From Actinomycetota bacterium (lineage in GTDB: Bacteria > Actinomycetota > Thermoleophilia > Solirubrobacterales > Solirubrobacteraceae): a DNA stretch of 64,000 nucleotides. The position numbers were made by a program, and so were the translations under genes. Shown here piece by piece: positions 1 to 10,485 of this stretch. The notes beneath the pieces are model-generated. The model made no database searches. It was not told the DNA's origin and was given only the letters and a program-made list of their open reading frames with translations. Each line of letters begins with the position of its first letter. Position 1 is the first letter of the stretch. The stretch is taken from the NCBI GenBank assembly GCA_005884115.1, contig VAXW01000004.1, positions 290,898 to 354,897 on the forward strand, read 5' to 3'.

Positions 1-557
1 TGCAGACGACGGTCGCCTCGGTCAACAGCGCCCTGCAGCGCGCGCGGGCCTCGGTGGAGGCACGCGTGCCGGCACAGAGTCAGCAGGAGACGCTGCGCTC
101 AGTCGGCGATGAGGCCGTGCGCCAGATGGTGGCGCGCTATGTCGATGCGTGGGAGCGCAACGACGTCGAGGCATTCGCGGCCATGCTCTGCGAGGACGCG
201 ACGTTCGCGATGCCACCGCTCGCGAGCTGGTACCGGGGTCGCGAGGCGATCGCGCGGTGGGCCGCCGGATGGCCGCTCTCCGGCGCGTGGCGCTGGCGCA
301 CCGTCGCGGCGCAAGCGAACGGGCAGCCCGCGCTCGGGTTCTACGCGTGGAGCGAGGAGGAGTCGACCTACAGGCCGTTTGCTCTCAACGTACTCACGCT
401 GCGCGGCGAGCAGGTAAGCGACGTGACCGCGTTCATCGCTCGCTCGGCGGAGCCCCGCGAGGGCACCGCATTCGAACGCTATCCCGACGAGCCGCTCGAC
501 ATGCCCAAGGTCGGTGCCGTCTTCGGGCGCTTCGGGCTGCCGGCGAAGCTCGACTGA
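1..557 (+). CDS. ECF sigma-70 factor with C-terminal SnoaL-like domain (SigG/ECF56-like), 5'-truncated by window edge
   Basis: Frame 3 reads TTVASVNSALQRAR (sigma region 4 end), then YVDAWERNDV...DATFAMPP...ANGQPA (SnoaL extension). Confidence 0.85.
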   Translation, partial: QTTVASVNSALQRARASVEARVPAQSQQETLRSVGDEAVRQMVARYVDAWERNDVEAFAAMLCEDATFAMPPLASWYRGREAIARWAAGWPLSGAWRWRTVAAQANGQPALGFYAWSEEESTYRPFALNVLTLRGEQVSDVTAFIARSAEPREGTAFERYPDEPLDMPKVGAVFGRFGLPAKLD

Positions 558-669
558 CGCGCGGATGTTTTCCCGACTGGAGGGCGGGTAGAGAGTGCGA
601 AGCGCCGCCACGGAGGGCGGCGCGTCTGTCCGGGGGCGAGCGGGAGCTCTGAGCTGCCCTCTATAGGAG

Positions 670-1449
670 GTGCGCAATTACGCTCGCAACGAGCCGGTGA
701 CTGCCAAGAAGCCCTACCCAGTGCATGTCGGATGCTCGGGCTGGAACTACTCAGCTTGGCGCGGCCGCCTGTATCCGCAGCGGCTGCCGGCAAAGCAGTG
801 GCTTGAGTGTTACGCCGAGCGCTTTGCAACGGTCGAGGTCAACGCGACCTTCTACCGCCTGATCAAGCGCGAAGCCGTCGCCAATTGGGCGCAGCAGACG
901 CCGCCGAGCTTTCTTTTTTCGGTCAAGGCAAGCCGCTACCTCACTCACGTCAAGCGCCTGTCGGGGATGAAGGACGGTGTTGCTCGCTTCTTCGAGCGGA
1001 TCGAGCCGCTCGTCGAAGCGAACAAGCTAGGTGCGGTGCTGTGGCAGCTGCCCGAGACCTTCCACCGCGACGATGAGCGCCTGAGCAGCGCTCTCAGCGC
1101 CCTTCCTCGAGCGCGTCATGCGTTTGAGTTTCGCCACTCGAGCTGGTTTTCGGCGGACGTTTACGAGCGGTTGCGCGAGCACGGCGCCGCCCTGGTGATC
1201 GGCGACCATCCCCAGCGACCTTTCCAAACTCATCAGGCCACGAGCGAGTGGCGCTACGTGCGGCTCCACTACGGCGCGCGCGGTCGCCGCGGCAACTACT
1301 CCGAGCGCGAGCTAGAGGCGTGGGCCAAGCGCCTGCACGGATGGCGCTCGAGCGAGGAGATCTTCGTGTACTTCAACAACGACTGGGAGGCGTTCGCGCC
1401 GCGCAATGCGTCGTGGCTGCAAGAGCGGCTGGCGCACTTGTCGCATTAG
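670..1449 (+). CDS. DUF72 family protein
   Basis: GCSGWNY, VEVNATFY, FSVKASRYLTH, EFRHSSW and YFNND motifs; AGGAGG immediately upstream. Confidence 0.92.
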   Translation: MRNYARNEPVTAKKPYPVHVGCSGWNYSAWRGRLYPQRLPAKQWLECYAERFATVEVNATFYRLIKREAVANWAQQTPPSFLFSVKASRYLTHVKRLSGMKDGVARFFERIEPLVEANKLGAVLWQLPETFHRDDERLSSALSALPRARHAFEFRHSSWFSADVYERLREHGAALVIGDHPQRPFQTHQATSEWRYVRLHYGARGRRGNYSERELEAWAKRLHGWRSSEEIFVYFNNDWEAFAPRNASWLQERLAHLSH

Positions 1450-1459
1450 CCTGTCGGGC

Positions 1460-2377
1460 GTGCTCGCGCACTGGAACGAGGTCGCATGGGAGCGCATCGA
1501 TCGCGGCCCGCTTCAGGGCTCGCGCCAGCGTCTCGGGGCCGCGGCGGGGACGGCGCACGCCGGTCTCAGCCGCTACCGGATGGCTTCTGGCGAGCGGGCC
1601 ATGCCGGTGCATGTGCATGCTGATGAGGAGGAGCTCTTCTACGTTCTTGACGGGAGCGGTCTGAGCTGGCAGGACGCTCGCACGTACACAATTGCCGCCG
1701 GCGACTGCATCGTTCACCTCCGCAATGCAGAGGCGCACACGATCGTTGCCGGCGGGAGCGGACTGGACGTGCTGGCATTCGGCAGCGGCAGTGACGCGCG
1801 GATGGTCTGGCTGCCGCGAGCGAACGCCTGGTGGATGGGACCCCGATGGCTGCCTAGCGACGGGCCGAATCCGCTCCGGCTGGAGGCCGCGGCGGGCGAG
1901 CTGGAGCTGCCCGAGCCCGAGCCTTCGCGTCCGCCGACGATCGTAGCTACGCGGGTCCTAGCGCCGGAGTCGCTGCGCCAGGGCGACGTGGACAGCGAGT
2001 GGCGCGATCTCGGCGTCGCCGCCGGCTCGGCCTTGAGCGGGATCTGCCACGTCACGATCGCGCCGGGCGCGCGCAGCTGCCCGTTTCACTGTCACGGCGC
2101 CGAGGAGGAGATCTTCGTAATCCTCTCGGGCGCAGGTACGCTGCGCCTGGGCGATGAGCGGCATGCGGTCGAGACCGGCCATGTGGTGGCGCGCCCGCCG
2201 GGAACCCGCATCGCGCATCAATTCATCGCCGGTGACGACGGCCTGACGCTGCTCGCGTGGGGCACCCGCGATCCCAACGACATCGTCTGGTATCCCGACT
2301 CGAAGAAGGTCAGCCTGCGAGGCATCGGCATCAGGGCCCGCGTCGAGCCCCTCGACTACTGGGACGGGGAGGGGTGA
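1460..2377 (+). CDS. Tandem cupin-domain protein
   Basis: Two cupin motifs, PVHVHADEEELFYVLDG and PFHCHGAEEEIFVILSG; GTG start inferred. Confidence 0.85.
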   Translation: MLAHWNEVAWERIDRGPLQGSRQRLGAAAGTAHAGLSRYRMASGERAMPVHVHADEEELFYVLDGSGLSWQDARTYTIAAGDCIVHLRNAEAHTIVAGGSGLDVLAFGSGSDARMVWLPRANAWWMGPRWLPSDGPNPLRLEAAAGELELPEPEPSRPPTIVATRVLAPESLRQGDVDSEWRDLGVAAGSALSGICHVTIAPGARSCPFHCHGAEEEIFVILSGAGTLRLGDERHAVETGHVVARPPGTRIAHQFIAGDDGLTLLAWGTRDPNDIVWYPDSKKVSLRGIGIRARVEPLDYWDGEG

Positions 2378-2431
2378 CTCGGGGCCACTCGGGCGGTGGC
2401 GCTGGCCGGGCGCCTCATAGACTCCGAGCAC

Positions 2432-2731
2432 ATGAGCTCGTTCGTGTTCAGGCTCATCGCCCCGCGGCCGACATTCGCGCTTGACATGACCGATGAGGAG
2501 CGGGAGATCATGGCGCGCCACGCGGCTTACTGGCGGCCCCTGATCGACTCGGGTCAGATGGTGGTCTTCGGCCCGGTGCTCGATAGCACAGGATCGTGGG
2601 GCCTCGGCGTCGTCGAGGCCGAGGATGAGGACGAGCTACGCGGGTTTGCCGCAGGCGATCCGGTGGTGACCACCGGGACCGGCACCATCGAGATCGGCAA
2701 GATGCTCGCGGGCTTCGTCCGTCCCGCCTGA
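2432..2731 (+). CDS. YciI family protein
   Basis: EREIMARHAAYW...VVFGPVLD...DPVV pattern. Confidence 0.8.
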   Translation: MSSFVFRLIAPRPTFALDMTDEEREIMARHAAYWRPLIDSGQMVVFGPVLDSTGSWGLGVVEAEDEDELRGFAAGDPVVTTGTGTIEIGKMLAGFVRPA

Positions 2732-3035
2732 TCGGCCGATCGGGCGGCGGTGAGGGCTCGCCTGGCCGCGCGCTACCGCCCGGAGTCGCGCGGCATCGGT
2801 CGTCAGGCAGACGGCTCGCGCCTGGGGGGTCAGGGGCTCGTTTAGATCGGCCGAGCAAAGCGCGGCAGCTGACGCTCAAATGGACACACCGGTCGCGCTG
2901 GGGCCGCTCGCCCGCCGGGGCCTTGGGAGCGCTCCCGCGCCTCCATGGGGTACGTCGGCACAGCGCCGCTTTTGCGCCAGCTATTAGGCTGGTCGGGCCT
3001 ATGCGATCGCGGCCCAATGCCCTGACCAAGGAAGC

Positions 3036-3416
3036 ATGGTGAACCATTGGGAGCTCAACGCGCTCGACCTCAAGCCGCGGCTTCCGGAGATCCTGTCGTC
3101 GAGCGAGGCGGCGCGCGCGATCGTGCTCGACCTCGATGCGGGCGAGTGCCTCTCCGAACATGAGGTCCACGAGCGCGCGTGGCTTGTTGTGATCGATGGC
3201 GCGATCGCCGTGACGACGGCTGCGGGAGAGCGTGCGAGCGGCGGCGCTGGGCTGCTAATCGAGTTCGCTCCAGGAGAGCGCCACGAGATCCTCGCGTCCT
3301 CGGCTTCGCGGCTGCTGCTCCTGCTGACCCCCTGGCCCGGCGCCGGACACCCCGGTGCGATGACGATGCGGGCGAAGCTCTATGCGCGCCGTCACGCTGC
3401 CAAGCGAGCTAAGTAG
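3036..3416 (+). CDS. Cupin domain protein
   Basis: LSEHEVHERAWLVVIDG...FAPGERHEI. Confidence 0.75.
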   Translation: MVNHWELNALDLKPRLPEILSSSEAARAIVLDLDAGECLSEHEVHERAWLVVIDGAIAVTTAAGERASGGAGLLIEFAPGERHEILASSASRLLLLLTPWPGAGHPGAMTMRAKLYARRHAAKRAK

Positions 3417-3477
3417 CTAAACCTCGAGCGCGGGCGCACCAGCGGCCTCGGTCTTACCGTAAGTAGCCAGGACGGAC

Positions 3478-5145
3478 TCAGTCGCACGGGGCCGGTCTTC
3501 GTGGGCCCGGCTGCGCAGGCTTGCTGCGCCGAGTCGCGGGCCGATGCTCCGGGCGTGCGACGGCCGCGTCGAACCTGTGCGGCCATGCAGCAGGATGCGC
3601 CGCGTGCTCGCCTCGCCCGACCAGGGGTAGGCGCCTGGGCCCGAGGGCGGCGCGGCCGTGACGGGGCGGGCGAGGCGCCGCCGGCGCGGGGAGCGGTTCG
3701 GCTGCAGCGGCCCGCTCAACCGCAGAGGTGCGGACACGGGCGCGGAAGACGAGCGCCGCGGCGAGCAGCGCCAGTCCGGCCTGGACGGCGAGCCCCAGCG
3801 AGAACGCGTCGCCGTACGGGCCCGTACCCGACCGCGCGCCCAGCTCGGCGAAGAAGATCGAGCCGACGATGGCGACCCCGAGGACGTTGCCGACCTGTTG
3901 AGAGGTCGTGAGCATGCCCGACGCGGCGCCGGCGTCAGCGATGGGAACCGTGCGTAGGACAAGGTTGATCAGCGACGGTATGGCTAGGCCCATGCCGGCG
4001 CCGACGGGCACCATCGCCGGGATCAGCAGCGCCAGCGCCGGACGAACCCCCGCCGTCTGCACGGCGAGCAGCGTCGTGAGCAGACCGGCCGCCGCGAGCG
4101 CGGCCCCCGCGTGCGGTAGCTGCGCGCGCACTCGCTCGGACGCGCGTGGCCCGAGGATCGACGCGCTCGCGAACGCCACGGCGAGCGGCGTAAACGCCAG
4201 ACCGCTGTCGATCGCACTCATCCCGAGCCCGTCCTGCAAGTAGATCGACAGCAGCAAGAAGAACGAGACGACGTTGTAGAGGGCAACCGCCGCGAGCACG
4301 CCGACGCGAAAGCCGCGCTGCTCGAACAGCGACAGGCGCACGAGCGGCGAATCGCCACGCGCCGCGACCCGGCGCTCGAGCGTCACGAACGACACGGCTG
4401 CGAGCGGCGCGAGTGCGAGGGCTCCAGACAGCCACACCGGCCAGCCTAAAGAACGCCCGTCGATTGCCGGGAAGACGACGAGCAGGAGCGCCAGCGTCGC
4501 CAGCGCGACGCCGCCGAAATCGAGCCGTCGCACGCCGTCGGCGCGCGACTCCGGCAGCAGGTGCGCAGCGGCCACAAACGCGGCCAGCCCGACGGGGAGA
4601 TTGATCAGGAACACCCAGCGCCAGCCGAGGCCGAAGGCATCGAGGGTTATGAGTGCGCCGCCGATGATCTGCCCAGAGACCGCGGCGAGGCCCTGCACGA
4701 GGCCCTGGATGCCGAACGCGCGCGGGCGCTCGGCCGGGGCGAACTCGACCTGGATGATCGCCAGCACCTGCGGCCACATAAGCGCCCCGCCTACGCCCTG
4801 CAGCAGACGCGCGAGGACCAGGACGGTAGGGCTCGGCGCAGCGGCGCACAGGGCCGAGGTCACCGTGAACGCCGCGACGCCGACGCGGAACACCCGGCGG
4901 CGGCCGTAGAGGTCGCCGAGGCGCCCGCCGGTGATAAGCGAGACCGCGTAGGTGAGCACGTAGGCTGCAACGACCCACTGCACCTCCCCGGCGCTGGCGT
5001 GCAGCTCGGTGCGCAACGAGGGTGCGGCGACGTTGACGATGAACACGTCGAGGATCACCATGAAGATCGGGGCGAACAGCGTCGCGAGCACCGCGACGGC
5101 GGCCCGGCGGGTGGAGGCGGCAGCGGTCGAGATCATCACGTGCAT
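3478..5145 (-). CDS. MFS transporter (DHA2/EmrB-QacA type)
   Basis: LDVFIVNVAAP, GGRLGDLYGRRR, WRWVFLINLP; C-terminal ~80 aa look like read-through extension. Confidence 0.9.
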   Translation of the reverse strand: MHVMISTAAASTRRAAVAVLATLFAPIFMVILDVFIVNVAAPSLRTELHASAGEVQWVVAAYVLTYAVSLITGGRLGDLYGRRRVFRVGVAAFTVTSALCAAAPSPTVLVLARLLQGVGGALMWPQVLAIIQVEFAPAERPRAFGIQGLVQGLAAVSGQIIGGALITLDAFGLGWRWVFLINLPVGLAAFVAAAHLLPESRADGVRRLDFGGVALATLALLLVVFPAIDGRSLGWPVWLSGALALAPLAAVSFVTLERRVAARGDSPLVRLSLFEQRGFRVGVLAAVALYNVVSFFLLLSIYLQDGLGMSAIDSGLAFTPLAVAFASASILGPRASERVRAQLPHAGAALAAAGLLTTLLAVQTAGVRPALALLIPAMVPVGAGMGLAIPSLINLVLRTVPIADAGAASGMLTTSQQVGNVLGVAIVGSIFFAELGARSGTGPYGDAFSLGLAVQAGLALLAAALVFRARVRTSAVERAAAAEPLPAPAAPRPPRHGRAALGPRRLPLVGRGEHAAHPAAWPHRFDAAVARPEHRPATRRSKPAQPGPRRPAPCD

Positions 5146-5226
5146 CGCTCCTCGGTCGGGTATCTGTTCGCTTAACGAGCCGGGGCCCGGCTTTGTGAGG
5201 CGGCGGGCCCTGGCTTCTCGGGATCA

Positions 5227-6303
5227 GTGTGCAATGATGTTCATCCGGGTACAAGAGAGGGCTTTATCCTGGTATTGAAACCACCATCAACACACGCGTC
5301 GCGCTCGAGCGAGCAGGTCACTGGAGCGGCCGTGGCGGGCCTCGGAGCCGATCACGAGGCGCGCGGTGTTGACCGCGCGGCGGCCGAGGACGGCAACGAC
5401 GGCGCCCGCCGCCGCGAGCTCGCCGACTTCCTGCGCACGCGGCGCGAGCAACTCAAGCCGGAGGAGGTAGGGCTGCCAGGCGGTGGGCGCAGACGTACAC
5501 CCGGGCTCCGTCGCGAGGAGCTGGCAGCGCTCGCCGGCGTCGGCACCACCTGGTACACCTGGCTCGAGCAGGGCCGTCAGGTGCGGCCCTCGCTGTCGGT
5601 GCTCGAGGCGCTGGCGGACGCGCTTGCGCTGACGCCCGCCGAGCGCGCCCACCTGATCATGCTTGGCCGCGGGGAGGAGATGCCGCTGCCCGAGCCGCCA
5701 CGCGAGCAGCTGAACCCGACGATCGAGCGGCTCGTCGAGAACCTCGACTCGAGCGCAGCTTGCATCCTCGGGCGACGCTGGGACTACCTGGCGTGGAACC
5801 GAGCCTTCGCGGTGGTGTTCGGCGACCCGGCCGCGTGGCCTGAGGGGCGGCGCAACGCGATCTGGGCGATCTTCAATGACCCTGCGAGGCGCCGGTTGTT
5901 GCGAACGGACTGGGAGGTGGGCGCGCGCACGGCAGTCGCCCGCTTTCGTGCCGACTGCGCGCGCCACGTCGGCGATCCAGACTTCGAGGAGCTGATCGCC
6001 GCGATGCACGATTCGAGCGCCGAGTTCGCGCGCTGGTGGAAGCGCCACGAGGTCATCCGCAGCGGCGTCGGCCGCAAGGTCCTTTGCCACCCAAGGGCCG
6101 GGCGCATGCATTTCGAGCACGCTGTCTTCCGCCTGGAGGAGAGCCCCGAGCAGCGGCTCGCCCTCTACACGCCGCTGCCGAGCGCGAACACGCCGGCCAA
6201 GATCGCTCGGCTGCTGGCTGAGCCGCAGCCACGGCCGGTCGGCCGCGCCGCCGCGTCAGCGGGCGGTCCGGTGAGTCGTTCGAGCGCCAGCGCTGAGAAG
6301 TAG
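5227..6303 (+). CDS. MmyB-family XRE transcriptional regulator (true start probably downstream of 5227)
   Basis: ELADFLRTRRE...RRTPGLRREELAALAGVGTTWYTWLEQGR plus PAS-like domain; divergent from the MFS gene. Confidence 0.9.
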   Translation: MCNDVHPGTREGFILVLKPPSTHASRSSEQVTGAAVAGLGADHEARGVDRAAAEDGNDGARRRELADFLRTRREQLKPEEVGLPGGGRRRTPGLRREELAALAGVGTTWYTWLEQGRQVRPSLSVLEALADALALTPAERAHLIMLGRGEEMPLPEPPREQLNPTIERLVENLDSSAACILGRRWDYLAWNRAFAVVFGDPAAWPEGRRNAIWAIFNDPARRRLLRTDWEVGARTAVARFRADCARHVGDPDFEELIAAMHDSSAEFARWWKRHEVIRSGVGRKVLCHPRAGRMHFEHAVFRLEESPEQRLALYTPLPSANTPAKIARLLAEPQPRPVGRAAASAGGPVSRSSASAEK

Positions 6304-6400
6304 GCCGAGACCCGCTCCAGCGGCGTTCGAGGCACCTCGCCTGCATCTGGCAGCGCTGCACGGAGTACGGCGCGGTGTCATAGGGGCTAGTTCAGCGCCC

Positions 6401-6429
6401 TTGACATATACCTCGGGATGATATATCCT
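6401..6429 (+). promoter_or_regulatory. Sigma-70 promoter, likely leaderless padR transcript, overlapping ATATAC-N9-ATATAT operator-like dyad
   Basis: TTGACA(6401)-17 bp-TATCCT(6424); ATG 8 nt downstream with no RBS. Confidence 0.75.
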
Positions 6430-6437
6430 GCCGAGGC

Positions 6438-7001
6438 ATGTCGCCGTTTGATCCAAACGCCTCGCCCGTAGAGCTGAGCGCGACCGGCCGTGTTGTCCTC
6501 GGGTTGATCCCGTTCGGCAAGCGCACCGGCTATGACATCAAGACGTTCGTTGACAGAACGACGCGGTATTTCTGGGCGGCGAGCTACGGCCAGATCTATC
6601 CCGAGCTCAAGCGCCTGGAGGAACAGGGCCTCGTCCGCGGACGACCGGAGCCGTCAGGCGAGCGCGCCCGCACCGTTTATGAGCTGACCGAGGCGGGCGA
6701 GGCGGCGCTCAAGGCCTGGCTCGCGTCCGATGACGAGCAGCTTTACGAGCTCCGCGATGAAGGAATGCTGAAGCTGTTCTTCTCGGACAGTCTGCCCGAG
6801 CAGCGGATCGAGATCGTCCGCGCGATTCGGACACGAGAAGAGCGCGCCCTGGCTCATCTGCGCTCGATTGAGCCGCACGCAAGCAAGGGACCTGCGGGTT
6901 CCTACCTGACGCTGCAGATGGGAATCGGCTTAACCGAGTGGACCATCGAGTGGTGCGAGGCGACCGAGCGCCGGCTCGCGACTGGGACAGAGAAGGAGTA
7001 G
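6438..7001 (+). CDS. PadR family regulator
   Basis: TGYDIK...SYGQIYPELKRLEEQGLV...YELTEAG. Confidence 0.92.
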   Translation: MSPFDPNASPVELSATGRVVLGLIPFGKRTGYDIKTFVDRTTRYFWAASYGQIYPELKRLEEQGLVRGRPEPSGERARTVYELTEAGEAALKAWLASDDEQLYELRDEGMLKLFFSDSLPEQRIEIVRAIRTREERALAHLRSIEPHASKGPAGSYLTLQMGIGLTEWTIEWCEATERRLATGTEKE

Positions 7002-7005
7002 CCCC

Positions 7006-9162
7006 ATGCTGACCAGACTTGCCAGCTTCATTGACGCGCAGGGACGCCGGGTGCTCCTGGTCGCGGTGACCGTGGCAGCGATCGCCGGGGCGTTCGGCTT
7101 CGGCGTCGAAAAGCACATGAGCCCCTACGGCGCCAGCGACCCGGCGACGCAATCGGTCCGGGCCGAACACCGGTTCGAAGCTGCGGCCGGTCGCAAGATC
7201 GACCCCGGGATTGTGGCGATCGTAAGCGCAGGCGATATTGGCAGCCCCGCGGTCCAACGGCGGGTGGAGCAGGTCGTCACCCAGCTCCGTGCCGAGCCTG
7301 ATGTGGCGAGTGTCGCCAGCTTCTACGAAACCCACGATTCCGCGATGGTCTCGCGCGATCGCCGCTCGACATACGCAGTCGTCTACTTCAAGCCGCGGCC
7401 GGACCTGCAGCTCAAGAACGCGGCGCAGCGCATCGAAGAGCGGTTCGCTGGACAACATGACGTGCGACTCGGTGGGGAAGAGATCGCAAGCGCCCAGGCG
7501 AACACTCAGGTCGGCCATGACCTTGCGCACGCCGAGCTGCTCGCGTTCCCCTTCATTTTCCTGCTGTCGCTGTTGTTCTTCCGCTCGCTTGTCGCATCCC
7601 TGATCCCGCCACTCATCGGCGGCCTGGCGATCGTCATGACCTTCCTGGCGCTGCGACTCGTCTCGAACTTCACCGACCTGTCGGTGTTCGCCCTCAACTT
7701 CGTGACGGGCATGGGCCTCGGGCTCGCAATCGACTACAGCCTGTTCATGGTTTCGCGCTATCGCGAGGAGGCCGCAACCTCGGGCTTCGGCCTGCAGGCG
7801 CTGCAACGCGCGCTCCAGACGGCCGGACGGACGATTCTGTTTAGCTCGTTGACCGTGGCCGCGGCGGTCGCCTCGCTCGTGATCTTCCCGCAACGGTTCC
7901 TGTACTCGATGGGGATCGCCGGCGCAGTGGTTGCGCTTGTCGCCGCAGCATTGGCCCTCGTCGTGCTCCCGGCGCTGCTAAGCGTCCTCGGTCCGCGAAT
8001 CAACGCGCTCGCGCCCAAGCGACTGCAACGGGCAGCGGACCGCGACGCCCGCCCGGCGCAAAGCGGAGCCTGGTACCGGCTGTCGCGCTTCGTAACGCGC
8101 CGTCCTGGACGGATCGCCGTGCTCTGCACGGCGCTGCTGATCGCGCTCGGGCTTCCGTTCACGGGCATCAAGTTCATCAGCGTCACTGCGAGCGTGCTCC
8201 CCAACAGCGCAAGCGCCAGGCAGGTCGACGAAGCGCTCGCTCATGAATTCCCGCCGAACAGAACCTCGCCACTGCAGGTCGTGGTGGGCGCGCCCGCCGG
8301 CTCACACGAGGTCAGGGCCGTGACCGCGCAGATCAGTCGGCTGCCCGACGTATCGGTGATCGCGCCGGCCCAGGCAGCGGGCGCGCAAAACGCGCTACTG
8401 GCAGTCTCGCCGGTCCAGCGACCACTCAGCGATGCAACCAAGCAGCTCGTGCGCAACGTGCGCGCTATACCGGCACCCGTTTACGTCGGTGTGGCAGGCC
8501 AGACCGCGGCCTTCCTCGACCTCGAGCACAGCCTTGGTGCGCATCTGGCGATCGTGCTTGCGCTCATCGTCGCCGCGACGGTGATCCTCCTGTTCCTGCT
8601 CACGGGGTCCGTCCTGCTGCCGCTCAAGGCGGTTCTTATGAACGCACTCAGCTTGAGCGCCGTGCTTGGGATCCTGGTCCTGATCTTCCAGGACGGCAAC
8701 CTCCAGCGCCTACTGTCGTTCACGAGCGAGGGGGCGCTGGACGCCACGCAGCCGATCTTCCTCGCCGCGATCGGCTTCGGCTTGGCCACGGACTACGGCG
8801 TCTTCCTGCTCTCCCGGATCAAGGAGGCGCGTGACGGCGGGGCTTCTGACTCCGAGGCTGTGGCCATCGGCCTTGAGCGAACCGGGCGCATCGTCACGGC
8901 CGCTGCCGTCTTGTTCGCAGTCGCGATCGGAGCGTTCGCTACGTCCAAGCTCGTGTTCATCAAGGAGCTAGGCCTCGGCACCGCGCTGGCAGTACTGATC
9001 GACGCCTCCATCATTCGCGCCCTGCTCGTCCCCTCGCTGATGGAGCTACTCGGCCCCTGGAACTGGTGGGCACCGAGGCCGTTGCGGCGATTGCACGACC
9101 GGATCGGGCGGCAACAGAGCCGGCCGGGCGTGACGCCCACCCCGGAGCCGTCGCGCGCCTAA
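7006..9162 (+). CDS. MMPL family RND transporter
   Basis: GLGLAIDYSLF and FGLATDYGVFLLSRIKE, two membrane halves. Confidence 0.92.
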   Translation: MLTRLASFIDAQGRRVLLVAVTVAAIAGAFGFGVEKHMSPYGASDPATQSVRAEHRFEAAAGRKIDPGIVAIVSAGDIGSPAVQRRVEQVVTQLRAEPDVASVASFYETHDSAMVSRDRRSTYAVVYFKPRPDLQLKNAAQRIEERFAGQHDVRLGGEEIASAQANTQVGHDLAHAELLAFPFIFLLSLLFFRSLVASLIPPLIGGLAIVMTFLALRLVSNFTDLSVFALNFVTGMGLGLAIDYSLFMVSRYREEAATSGFGLQALQRALQTAGRTILFSSLTVAAAVASLVIFPQRFLYSMGIAGAVVALVAAALALVVLPALLSVLGPRINALAPKRLQRAADRDARPAQSGAWYRLSRFVTRRPGRIAVLCTALLIALGLPFTGIKFISVTASVLPNSASARQVDEALAHEFPPNRTSPLQVVVGAPAGSHEVRAVTAQISRLPDVSVIAPAQAAGAQNALLAVSPVQRPLSDATKQLVRNVRAIPAPVYVGVAGQTAAFLDLEHSLGAHLAIVLALIVAATVILLFLLTGSVLLPLKAVLMNALSLSAVLGILVLIFQDGNLQRLLSFTSEGALDATQPIFLAAIGFGLATDYGVFLLSRIKEARDGGASDSEAVAIGLERTGRIVTAAAVLFAVAIGAFATSKLVFIKELGLGTALAVLIDASIIRALLVPSLMELLGPWNWWAPRPLRRLHDRIGRQQSRPGVTPTPEPSRA

Positions 9163-9220
9163 TCCACCGGAGCAGCGCACGCCCGCCAGGTCCGTGACCC
9201 CAACCAAACGGAGCACCGCG

Positions 9221-9775
9221 ATGACCACGACCAACATCGATCCCGTCCTCGAGCGCAACCGCGCCTTTGCCGCCGCCGGCGGGCACGAGGGCGCCGTCGT
9301 CTTCCCGAACCTGCGCCTGTTCGTGATCACGTGCCTGGACCCGCGCGTGGACCCCGCACACTTCCTCGGCCTCGAGCTCAGCGATGCGATCGTCGTCCGC
9401 AACGTCGGCGGTCGCGTCACACCGGAGGTGATCAACGACGTCGCCTTCCTCGGCCAGATCGTCGAGACCGTGCTGCCCGACGGCCCGCTGTTTGAGGTCG
9501 CCGTGATTCAGCACACCCAGTGCGGAGCCGGCGCGCTCGCAGACGACACGTTCCGCCGCCGCTACGCCGACCGCATCGGCGCCGACGAGTCCACGTTGCG
9601 CGCGCACGCGGTCGTCGATCCCGCCCAGACAGTCAAGAGCGACGTCGAACGCCTCCGCTCCGCCCCGGCGATCCCCGCGCGGATCACCGTCTCCGGGCAC
9701 GTCTACGACGTCGTCACCGGCCTCGTGCAGCCAATCCTCCGCGCCGACCGGGTGCCCGCGCGGCCGACCCTCTGA
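9221..9775 (+). CDS. Beta-class carbonic anhydrase
   Basis: CLDPRVDP, RNVGG, HTQCG zinc motifs. Confidence 0.9.
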   Translation: MTTTNIDPVLERNRAFAAAGGHEGAVVFPNLRLFVITCLDPRVDPAHFLGLELSDAIVVRNVGGRVTPEVINDVAFLGQIVETVLPDGPLFEVAVIQHTQCGAGALADDTFRRRYADRIGADESTLRAHAVVDPAQTVKSDVERLRSAPAIPARITVSGHVYDVVTGLVQPILRADRVPARPTL

Positions 9776-9955
9776 CCCATACTCGGTGCTCCCGCCGAAC
9801 GGTCTCATCGCGACCGCCAAAGCGCGGAGCTGACGCGCCGGACGGCTGTCGAAGCGCGGCCAGGCCGAGCCATCGTAAGCGCAGGGCCCGGTGAGGACCT
9901 CCTGCGGAGGAACCGCACAGCAGGCCCCCGGCGAGGCGATGATGGTCCTACGCGG

Positions 9956-10222
9956 CTACCGGCCGGTTCGCTCGCGGTGGTTGCACCCCGGCCAGCAGCA
10001 GGGCCGGCGCTGGCCTTCCTCCAGCTCCTCCTGGGTCCGCCGAATGCGGCGCTCCCGGGTCCTGTCCTGCTTGGCATCCTCGACCCAGCAGATGAACTCG
10101 TTGCGGGCCAAGGGCGTGATGTCCATCCAGGCATCGAGTGCCGTGGCGTTGGCGATCAGCGCCTTACGCAGGTCCGCGGGCAGCGTATGCACCACCCCGC
10201 CGGGAACTCGCTGGCCGCTCAC
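9956..10222 (-). CDS. YdeI/OmpD-associated family protein
   Basis: LPADLRKAL...ITPLARNEFICWVEDAKQ..TRERRI. Confidence 0.8.
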   Translation of the reverse strand: MSGQRVPGGVVHTLPADLRKALIANATALDAWMDITPLARNEFICWVEDAKQDRTRERRIRRTQEELEEGQRRPCCWPGCNHRERTGR

Positions 10223-10319
10223 AGGCCCATCGTAGGCGACCGTGGGACTAGAACACGCGTTTCTGAATCCGGGCGCGCGACGAGTTTGCTCTCAGACGAG
10301 CGCTTATCCCCGGACGGCG

Positions 10320-10485
10320 GATGGCCGATGTCGGGTATCGGCCATGGGGTGAGGAGCCCACATTCCATGCCCCCTGTTTCGTTGTCACTCATCGTCCGGC
10401 TGAGGCGATCGTCAAGCGGGCGGTACCTCGTACATCTTCGTCACCGACGGGATTGAGGCTGGCGCTGAAGAGGGCGCGCGAGGCC
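10320..10485 (+). pseudogene. Internal remnant of a RibD-C/DHFR family gene
   Basis: PWGEEPTFHAPCFVVTHRP, then shifted-frame YIFVTDGIE; resembles the intact paralog at 17461-18108. Confidence 0.65.

Noticed and set aside
3935-5254. Long alternative-frame and antisense ORFs (also 6709-7893, 10499-11635, 43874-45007, 61779-62687)
   Set aside because: Arg/Pro/Ala-rich shadow ORFs overlapping well-supported genes, as expected in high-GC DNA.
10250-10265. AGAACACGCGTTTC as a LexA box
   Set aside because: Imperfect match, and the adjacent gene is not a typical SOS gene.
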